From: Lacipirellulaceae bacterium
GTDB taxonomy: Bacteria; Planctomycetota; Planctomycetia; Pirellulales; Lacipirellulaceae
NCBI GenBank assembly: GCA_965228005.1
Contig: CBDDGV010000003.1
Span: forward strand, 828,244 to 892,243
Reading direction: 5' to 3'
DNA length: 64,000 nucleotides
Both the position numbers and the translations under genes were made by a program. Positions 57,306 to 64,000 of the stretch are shown here, piece by piece (positions within the stretch are counted from its first letter, which is position 1; every line of letters starts with the position of its first letter). A model generated the notes under the pieces. The model was not told the DNA's origin, searched no databases, and worked only from the letters and a program-made list of their open reading frames with translations.

Positions 57306-59105
57306 ATGCTTAGCCAATTGAAAGGCGCTCCGCTGGCGCTGGCCGTGACGGCCGTGGTGCTGTTCCTCTCGAACCTGGGAGGAGCCCGGCTCTGGGACGA
57401 CGACGAGCCCAAGAACGCGGCATGCGGTCGGGAGATGTACGAGGAGGGCAACTGGACCGTCCCCATGTACAACAACGAGCTTCGCCCTCACAAACCGGTG
57501 CTGCTGTACTGGGCGATGATCGCCTCGTACGCGACCGTAGGGGTTACGGAGTTTGGGGCCCGCCTCCCGTCGGCGCTTGCCGGCATCGTGACGGTGCTGC
57601 TTTGCTATCAACTGGGGCGGAAGCTGTACGACGACTGGGCCGGGCTGGCCGCCGGCGTGCTGCTGGCGAGTGGATTGATGTTCGCCGTGCTCTCGCGTGC
57701 GGCGACGCCGGACGGGGTGTTGATCGTCTGCATCACGGGTTCACTCTGGTGCTTTGCTTCCGGGGTAGCGGAACTACGCGGCGGGCATTTCAGCAAGGTA
57801 TCGCCGGCGGAGAAGGCAGGCGGCGGTCTGTTCGACGGGCAAGCGCTTCCCCTCGGTTGGACCGCCGGGATGTACGGCTGCATCGGGCTGGCCGTGTTGG
57901 CGAAGGGGCCGATTGGCGTGCTCCTGCCCATGTCGATTACGGGGCTCTACGCGGTCTTGGCGCGTGCGAGGTTTGAGAGACCTGGCGGAGCAACCGGTTG
58001 GAAGCAGGCGGCCAGCCATGCCTTGGCTCTGGTTGCTCCGTGGCGACTCTGGTCCATCGCACGCGGGATGCGGGTGTGGACGGGGGCGGCGATTGCCGGC
58101 TGCGTGGCGCTGCCTTGGTACGCCGCAGTGACGTACGCCACGGGCGGCGAGTGGCTCGCCGGGTTCCTGGGAACCCACAACATGCACAGGTTCATGCGCC
58201 CGATGGAGGGGCACAGCGGGCCGGTGTTCTACTACCTGATCGCCATCATGGCGGGCTTCTTCCCGGGGTCGTGCTTCCTACCGGTTGCTCTGGTGCGTGC
58301 GGTGCGCGAGCAGCGGGGCGATGCGAGACTGCAGCAGTCGCACCTGTTCTTGCTCTGTTGGGTGGCTTGCTACCTGATCGTGTTCACGGCGGCCGCGACC
58401 AAGTTGCCGAACTACATCGTGCCGTGCTTCCCGGCGGTTGCATTGCTGACGGGTTGCTGGCTGGCGGACGCGGCTCGGAGCGGGGCGGGGCAGCGGTTCT
58501 GGCTGCGATTGGGGCTGAGCTCGTTGGCCGTGGTCGGGGTCGTGCTGACCGCGGGGCTGGCCTACGTCGCGTCGCGCTACCTGGATTCGGACTGGACCAT
58601 CCCTGTCGCAGGCTTGGCTCCGGTCGCCGGAGCGGCGGTAGCTCTGGTGCTTCTCCGACGGGACCAGGCCGCCGAAGCGGCGATGGCCTTCGCCGCCACC
58701 TGCGTGGTGTTTTCTCTGCTGGCCACAGGGGTGACGGCTCCTCGCATCAGCCCGTACCAGACCAGCCCGCGGGTGGCGCTCCGCTTGACCGAGATTGAAG
58801 AAGAGTACGGCACAGGTCCCGTGAACGTAGCGACCTACCGCTACACAAAGCCGAACGTGGTTTACTACCTGGGCCGACCGGTGCCGAAACTTGAAAACGA
58901 CACGGACCTGGTGGAGCACCTGTCCACGCGAGACGGGTTGGCTGTGTTACCGCTCAATGTCTACGAAAGCCTCAGCGACCGGTTGCCGCCGGGTGTCGGC
59001 GTGGTCCACACCGAACCCCGGTTCTTCAAGCCGGGGCAGGCGGTGGTGATCGTGGGACGCGCACCCGCGGTCGCGCATTCCGATGGCCATGTAGAGCGGC
59101 GTTAG
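57306..59105 (+). CDS. ArnT/PMT-like glycosyltransferase (GT39/GT83, undecaprenyl- or dolichyl-phosphate sugar dependent)
   Basis: RLWDDDEPKNAACGREMYEEGNWTVPMYNNELRPHKPVLLYW (DE-loop motif). Polytopic. Confidence 0.7.
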   Translation: MLSQLKGAPLALAVTAVVLFLSNLGGARLWDDDEPKNAACGREMYEEGNWTVPMYNNELRPHKPVLLYWAMIASYATVGVTEFGARLPSALAGIVTVLLCYQLGRKLYDDWAGLAAGVLLASGLMFAVLSRAATPDGVLIVCITGSLWCFASGVAELRGGHFSKVSPAEKAGGGLFDGQALPLGWTAGMYGCIGLAVLAKGPIGVLLPMSITGLYAVLARARFERPGGATGWKQAASHALALVAPWRLWSIARGMRVWTGAAIAGCVALPWYAAVTYATGGEWLAGFLGTHNMHRFMRPMEGHSGPVFYYLIAIMAGFFPGSCFLPVALVRAVREQRGDARLQQSHLFLLCWVACYLIVFTAAATKLPNYIVPCFPAVALLTGCWLADAARSGAGQRFWLRLGLSSLAVVGVVLTAGLAYVASRYLDSDWTIPVAGLAPVAGAAVALVLLRRDQAAEAAMAFAATCVVFSLLATGVTAPRISPYQTSPRVALRLTEIEEEYGTGPVNVATYRYTKPNVVYYLGRPVPKLENDTDLVEHLSTRDGLAVLPLNVYESLSDRLPPGVGVVHTEPRFFKPGQAVVIVGRAPAVAHSDGHVERR

Positions 59106-60247
59106 CGCTGCACCCGGGCGGAGCCGCCGGTGGCGAGGGCCTCGACCTCGGCCAATGTCGCCATGGAAACGTCCCCGGTGAAGGTGGTCAGCAGCGCGCC
59201 GTGGGCCCAGCCGATGCGGAGGGCCTCTTCGTAGGGCCGGCCGCTGATCAGGCTGTAGATCAGCCCCGAGGCGAATCCGTCACCTCCTCCGATTCGGTCA
59301 ACGACGTCGAGCTCCAGCGTCGGGCTTGTGAACTGCTGACCGTCGACCCAGAGGACGGCGCCCCAGTTGTGGCGGTTGGTGCTCTTGACCTCTCGGAGCG
59401 TGGTGGCGACTGCCTTCACCTGCGGCAGTTCGACGCGCACCGCGTCGATCATCTTGAAGAACGTATTCGGGTCGAGTTCCGAAGGCTTCTCCTTCAGGTC
59501 GACGCCTTGCGAGCCAAAGAGCTCGGACGGCTCGAGGTCCGATAGCTTGGTCTCGACTTCGGGGCCGCGGATGCCGAGGCCCTTCTGGAGGTCCTCTTCG
59601 TTGCCGATCAGCACGTCGACGTGTTCCACGATCCGGCGGAAGACCTGTTGGGCTTCCTCGATGCCCCCTCGGGCCGCCCACAGCTTGGCGCGGTAGTTGA
59701 GGTCGAACGACGTGACGGCCCCGGCGGCCTTGGCGGCCTGCATGGCCTCGATGATCAGCTCGGCGGTCGTGTCGGAGAGAGCGGCGAAGATGCCGCCGGA
59801 GTGGAACCAGCGGACGCCACCGTCGAAGATCTCCTGCCAGTTGAAGTCGCCCGGCTTGAGCAGGGCGCCGGCCTCGTTGGAGCGGTTATAGAACACCACT
59901 GGCGGACGGACGCCTTGACCACGGTCGCTGTAGACCGTCGCGATGTTGGGGCCGCGGACGCCGTCGTACTCGAAGTGCTTGTAGAAGGGTTGGACCCCCA
60001 TCTCTCGCACGCGGGCTTGGACGAGTTCGCCCACTGGGCTGTCGACCATCGCCGTGGCGACGCCCGTGCTAAGGCCGAAGCAGCTCGCCAGGTTGGCGGA
60101 GGTGTTGTACTCGCCGCCGGAGACGTGCACTTCGAACGACCGAGCGCGGCGGAAAGGAATGATGCCGGGGTCGAGCCGGTGCACAAGGGCGCCGAGCGAG
60201 AGGAAGTCGAGCCGGCAGGGGTCGGTGCGGACGGCGAGTGACGACAT
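59102..60247 (-). CDS. PfkB/ribokinase-family sugar kinase
   Basis: DRIGGGDGFASGLIY (GG/DTxGAGD block) and an NxxE region. Confidence 0.7.
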   Translation of the reverse strand: MSSLAVRTDPCRLDFLSLGALVHRLDPGIIPFRRARSFEVHVSGGEYNTSANLASCFGLSTGVATAMVDSPVGELVQARVREMGVQPFYKHFEYDGVRGPNIATVYSDRGQGVRPPVVFYNRSNEAGALLKPGDFNWQEIFDGGVRWFHSGGIFAALSDTTAELIIEAMQAAKAAGAVTSFDLNYRAKLWAARGGIEEAQQVFRRIVEHVDVLIGNEEDLQKGLGIRGPEVETKLSDLEPSELFGSQGVDLKEKPSELDPNTFFKMIDAVRVELPQVKAVATTLREVKSTNRHNWGAVLWVDGQQFTSPTLELDVVDRIGGGDGFASGLIYSLISGRPYEEALRIGWAHGALLTTFTGDVSMATLAEVEALATGGSARVQR

Positions 60248-60461
60248 TGAATTGGGTGGGCTGGGGATGAGCTTGACGTCACGGCGGGGAAGCCGCCGCT
60301 GCTATCCGAAGGCCTAGCAGTGTAGGCCGTGCTTGGTCTGCCGCCGCCACTGCCGAAGGGATTTCTTATCCCTGCATTCTTACTGAAAGACCGCCCAACG
60401 CCAGGGCGTACGCAGAAGTCGGACACGCTGTGCGGAAAAACGGAGTTGGTTGCTCAGACGG

Positions 60462-61691
60462 CTACCCGGCGGCCCGGTAGATCGAAAGAAAACCCTCGGC
60501 GTCGAGGGCGACCGGATTGAACGTACCGGTCCACTGCGGCACGGCCTCCTCGGCCAGGCGGGGCAGGGCCTCGGACGGCACCTGCAGGTCGGAGAGAGTA
60601 GTCTCTAGGCCGGCTCGGCGGCACAGATCCTCTAGCAGAACGGCCGCTGCTTCCACCGAATCGGCCGGTGACTCGCCTCCGCCGGTAACCGGCCCGGCGA
60701 TCAGGCCATACGCTTGTGCACACTCTTCGCAGTGGGCGCCGTTGTGCCGGACTACGTGGGGGAGCATGACGCCGACTGCCTGCCCGTGGGGGACGCCGAA
60801 TTTCGCCGTGAGCGGGTTGGCCAGTGCGTGGGCCGCCCCGAGCATGGAGTTCTCGATCGCCAACCCGGCGAAGCAGGCGCCGAGCTGCATGTCGGCGCGG
60901 GCTTCCAGGTTGTCGGGCTCCTCGAAGACCCGGATCCCGTTGACGAGCGCCCGCCAAGCCTCTCGGGTGAATGCCTCCGAGCAGTGGCTCCGCTTGGTGG
61001 TGACGAGCGTCTCGACCGCGTGGGCAACGGCATCGATCCCGGTGAGCGCGGTGACCATCGGGGGCTGGGTGAGGGTGAGTTCGGGGTCGAGCACCGCGGT
61101 GCGGAAGGCGGCCCGCTTGTCGCCGCAGGCCATCTTCACGTGTGTTTCGGCGTCGGAGATTAGGGCGAAAGACTGGGCCTCGCTGCCCGTGCCGGCCGTG
61201 GTGGGGACGGCGATCATCGGCAAGAGGTCGGCGGTGGCTTTGCCCACGCCCCGGTAGTCTTGCATCCGCCCGCCACAGGAGTGGATGAAGTTGATGCCCT
61301 TGGTGCAGTCCATGCTGCTGCCGCCGCCGAGGCCGACGAGGATGTGCGGGTCGAACTCCTTGGCGACCGCGACGCCCGCGTCGACGTTGTCGGTGGTGGG
61401 GTTCTCCTGCACGCCGTCGAAGAGGAGCGTCGCGTGGCCGGCGGATTGGAGGGCGTTGATGCCCCGCTGGGTGTGACCCGCGGCGATCACGCCCGGGTCG
61501 CTGACGATCATCACCCGGGCGCGGGGCCGGATCAGCGCGGCGAGTGCGCCGAGTTCGGAGACGCGGCCCGGTCCGAACGCGATGCGGGTGGGGCAGCTAA
61601 AGTCGAACGGCGTCATCCGGTTGCGGCGACCTGCAGCGCGCGGCTGCGGTAGAGGAACTCGATGAGGTTGCCCTCGTGCGGCTGGAGCCAA
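60462..61691 (-). CDS. iron-containing alcohol dehydrogenase (lactaldehyde/propanediol oxidoreductase-like)
   Basis: GLGGGSSMDCTKG, VPTTAGTGSE, HAVETL motifs. Confidence 0.75.
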   Translation of the reverse strand: MAPAARGQPHRVPLPQPRAAGRRNRMTPFDFSCPTRIAFGPGRVSELGALAALIRPRARVMIVSDPGVIAAGHTQRGINALQSAGHATLLFDGVQENPTTDNVDAGVAVAKEFDPHILVGLGGGSSMDCTKGINFIHSCGGRMQDYRGVGKATADLLPMIAVPTTAGTGSEAQSFALISDAETHVKMACGDKRAAFRTAVLDPELTLTQPPMVTALTGIDAVAHAVETLVTTKRSHCSEAFTREAWRALVNGIRVFEEPDNLEARADMQLGACFAGLAIENSMLGAAHALANPLTAKFGVPHGQAVGVMLPHVVRHNGAHCEECAQAYGLIAGPVTGGGESPADSVEAAAVLLEDLCRRAGLETTLSDLQVPSEALPRLAEEAVPQWTGTFNPVALDAEGFLSIYRAAG

Positions 61692-63040
61692 TCGAGCTTC
61701 GGTGTGGGGATGGGGCCGAGGTTGAGGCGGTCGATGTCGGTGCTCCCGATGAGAGCGTCCTGGAAATCGGCGTCGTCGGTAAGTGCAGTGCCTACCAGCG
61801 TGGGGCCGATGTGGCGGAGCATCTGGTCCTGCGGGCAGCAGACGACGCTGGCCATCGGGAACATATACTCCTTATTCGCGGCGGGGATTTCCGGCGAGTC
61901 GACATGGAGAATTGTGGGGCGGAGGTAGGCGCAGGTCTCGTGCTCCACAAGCCTCGGGCCGTAGGCCTCGGTGGCGTGGGCGACGCCATCGGTTGCGATA
62001 TCTGCTTCGAGCGCTTTCCACACCGCGGCCGCGACGCCCTCGGTGGTGAACGCGGCGAGGCCCGCGTCGGGGTTGTCGGGCGGGAGCGCCTCGATGGGGC
62101 CGAGCTTCTCAGCAATCGCCGCGGCAATCTCTTCGGTGTGCCGCGACGCGTAAACGCTGCTGCAGTTGATGCAGCTCCGCCCGCCGTTGCGGTAGATGCT
62201 GTCGGCGATCAGGTCGACGAACTCCGGCCAGCTGTCGACGCAGTCGTCGCCGATGAGGATCTTGCTGTAGCCGGGGCCGTGAACCTGGACGCGGGGGTTG
62301 CCCTCGTACTGCTGCACGGTGCTGGGGCCGCCGAAGATCATCGCCCGTCGGTAAGCGGCGAGCAGGGCCCCGCCAACCTCGGCGCCGGGGCCGGGGTAGA
62401 GCGAGATCGCCTCCGCAGGGATGCCGGCCTCGATCATCGCGGCGGCGACCCGGTAGGGGGTCCACGGTTCTTGCGACCCCGGCTTGAGGGCGAGCCCCAT
62501 CTGCAGCGGGATCACCGGCAGCCACAGTGTGTGGACGCCCGGTGAATTGGAGGGGAGAACGGCCCCGAGGGCGTCGGTTTGGGCTTGGTAGCTGACGGTG
62601 ACGCCACGGCCTTCGTCGCCGTAGCCTCGGGCGAGGATTTCCGGCGAGATGCCGCGGGTGAGGCAGTCGAGGATCTTCTCGATGTTCTTGAGGACGAACG
62701 CGTTCTTGGTGACGTTCGCCTTGCACATTGAGATCGGCATGCCCGTGGTAGCCGACTGCTGGGCGACGAAGTCGTCCGGCGACTGCGGGCTGTCGCCGAC
62801 GGTGACCGTACCAGACTCGAACAACTCACCTGCCTTGCGGCAGCGCTCCATGAGCTCGGCGGGCGAGACTTGGCGGAGGGCCTCACGGGCCTTGGCCGCC
62901 TTCTTGGCATCGCGCTTGACGATGCCGCCGCCGACAGTGTGAACCTTTGCAACCGGCTCGCCGGTGAGGAAGTGCGAGACGGTTTCGGCTTCCAGGGACT
63001 CGTAGGGCTGGCCCCAGCGGTAGGCTGGTAATTCAATCAT
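61613..63040 (-). CDS. aldehyde dehydrogenase family protein (acylating, EutE/PduP-like)
   Basis: 475 aa with GGRSCINCSS catalytic Cys region. Overlaps the ADH gene, consistent with an operon. Confidence 0.55.
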   Translation of the reverse strand: MIELPAYRWGQPYESLEAETVSHFLTGEPVAKVHTVGGGIVKRDAKKAAKAREALRQVSPAELMERCRKAGELFESGTVTVGDSPQSPDDFVAQQSATTGMPISMCKANVTKNAFVLKNIEKILDCLTRGISPEILARGYGDEGRGVTVSYQAQTDALGAVLPSNSPGVHTLWLPVIPLQMGLALKPGSQEPWTPYRVAAAMIEAGIPAEAISLYPGPGAEVGGALLAAYRRAMIFGGPSTVQQYEGNPRVQVHGPGYSKILIGDDCVDSWPEFVDLIADSIYRNGGRSCINCSSVYASRHTEEIAAAIAEKLGPIEALPPDNPDAGLAAFTTEGVAAAVWKALEADIATDGVAHATEAYGPRLVEHETCAYLRPTILHVDSPEIPAANKEYMFPMASVVCCPQDQMLRHIGPTLVGTALTDDADFQDALIGSTDIDRLNLGPIPTPKLDWLQPHEGNLIEFLYRSRALQVAATG

Positions 63041-63088
63041 AAGGAACCGCCGATGAACGCTGATGAACGGAGATAGTCGCGGGTAGAG

Positions 63089-63505
63089 TTAGTAGTTGTT
63101 GACAACACGTTTCACTTCGACCTTGGGGTTGCCGAAGTTCATCAGAAGGGCAACTGATAGCCCTGTTGCCTTGAGATAGTTCATGCACTGGGCTTGGTGG
63201 ATGCTATCGAGTTGCCTAACGGCTTTCAGCTCAAGGATGACGCTCTGATCGACGACCAAGTCGGCGACGTACTCGCCAACGACGGCGCCGTCGTAGACTA
63301 CTTCGATTCCCTTCTGCTGCTCCACTTTGAAGCCACGTTTCCGGAGTTCATGGCAGAGAGCGTTTTCGTACACCTTCTCTAAGAATCCTGTGCCTAGAGC
63401 GTTCGCCACGTCGTAGGCCGCTCCAATGATCGCCTCGGTGAGCCGATCGCTGTGCGATCTGCGTTCATCAGCGTTCATCGGCGGTTCTGCTCTAGTAGAC
63501 CCCAA
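63089..63505 (-). CDS. GxxExxY family protein
   Basis: GTGFLEKVYENAL...VGEYVADLVVDQSVILELKA. Confidence 0.6.
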   Translation of the reverse strand: MGSTRAEPPMNADERRSHSDRLTEAIIGAAYDVANALGTGFLEKVYENALCHELRKRGFKVEQQKGIEVVYDGAVVGEYVADLVVDQSVILELKAVRQLDSIHQAQCMNYLKATGLSVALLMNFGNPKVEVKRVVNNY

Positions 63506-63959
63506 CGGTGGTCGCCTCAGCTAGTCGGCGGAACGGCCTCACGCCGCTGATGCCGTCCCAGGGGTATTGTTCGCAGGGGGGCTCGCGTTCGCCTTCGTCC
63601 CGCTCCAGGAAGCCGGGGACGAAGAACTCTTTCGTGAGCGTGGTGAGCTTTGCGCGACCGGTCTCGCCGTAACCAACCACCGCGTTGGTGTCGTCGAAAT
63701 CCACCACCTCGACGACCGCACGGGGTTGCGGTGCGTAGTAGCTGATCTTGTAGGCGTTTTCGGCGGTCACCGGGGCGCTGCAGGCCAGGCCCATCAAGGT
63801 GTTGCCGTAGGTGGGCGTCATGTAGATGCCGCTCTCCTCGGGGGGGCCGCCGAAGAGTTCCTCCACGCAGAACTTGGTCCACTGGGGCGTGAACTCCGTG
63901 CCTCCGGAGAAGATGCCGGTTACGCCCTGCTCGGCGAGGCTGGTGCCGCGTTCTTCCAA
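63492..63959 (-). CDS. C-terminal part of an unknown CDS; frame ambiguous and probably continues beyond the window end
   Basis: Two overlapping minus-strand ORFs reach the window edge. No motif recognised. Confidence 0.2.
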   Translation of the reverse strand: MEERGTSLAEQGVTGIFSGGTEFTPQWTKFCVEELFGGPPEESGIYMTPTYGNTLMGLACSAPVTAENAYKISYYAPQPRAVVEVVDFDDTNAVVGYGETGRAKLTTLTKEFFVPGFLERDEGEREPPCEQYPWDGISGVRPFRRLAEATTVGVY

Positions 63960-64000
63960 CTCGAGGCACAGAGCTTCGATGAGCTTCGGCGTGCCGAACA

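Overview
This is a high-GC (about 65%) bacterial window that I infer to be Planctomycetota, based on DUF1559 prepilin-like proteins, many PEP-CTERM proteins, ECF sigma/FecR pairs and Tat/ExbBD genes. All tRNA structures below are hand-folded from the raw sequence, so anticodons and coordinates need confirmation with tRNAscan-SE or ARAGORN.

- **Left end (1-6 kb):** an apparent L-rhamnose/deoxy-sugar locus with a GH78 alpha-L-rhamnosidase, a RhaT-type symporter and an AraA-family isomerase.
- **6.4-8.9 kb:** a large PEP-CTERM protein built from about 30 tandem 20-aa (60-bp) repeats.
- **9.7-39.8 kb, the standout region:** an apparent ~30-kb island bounded by a 42-bp direct repeat of the 3' half of tRNA-Val(CAC). 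The partial copy sits at 9747-9788 and the intact gene at 39727-39800. No integrase is visible.
- **Inside the island, nested segment:** a ~21-kb block of CAZyme/esterase, DUF1559, ECF-sigma/anti-sigma, PEP-CTERM, phosphodiesterase-TPR and sulfotransferase genes. It is flanked by a ~450-bp duplication of the 3' end of an SPFH/band-7 gene.
- **Inside the island, tRNA array (32997-38682):** about 41 closely spaced minus-strand tRNA or tRNA-like genes, with anticodons for all 20 amino acids. The array also contains:
  - four Leu-anticodon tRNAs on short-variable-arm scaffolds;
  - a tRNA(UAU);
  - a long-arm tRNA with a UCU anticodon;
  - one 8-nt anticodon loop;
  - truncated or pseudo tRNAs;
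  - two copies of a conserved ~60-nt element of unknown nature;
  - an uncharacterised protein gene;
  - a low-GC PEP-CTERM gene.
- **Right of the island:** tandem tatA genes, exbB/exbD, TPR/BON/thioredoxin-like proteins, a chromosomal tRNA-Ile(GAT), a cNMP-binding patatin phospholipase, an FGGY kinase-PdxA pair, a PilZ protein, PAP2, an ArnT-like GT and a PfkB kinase / Fe-ADH / aldehyde dehydrogenase cluster.
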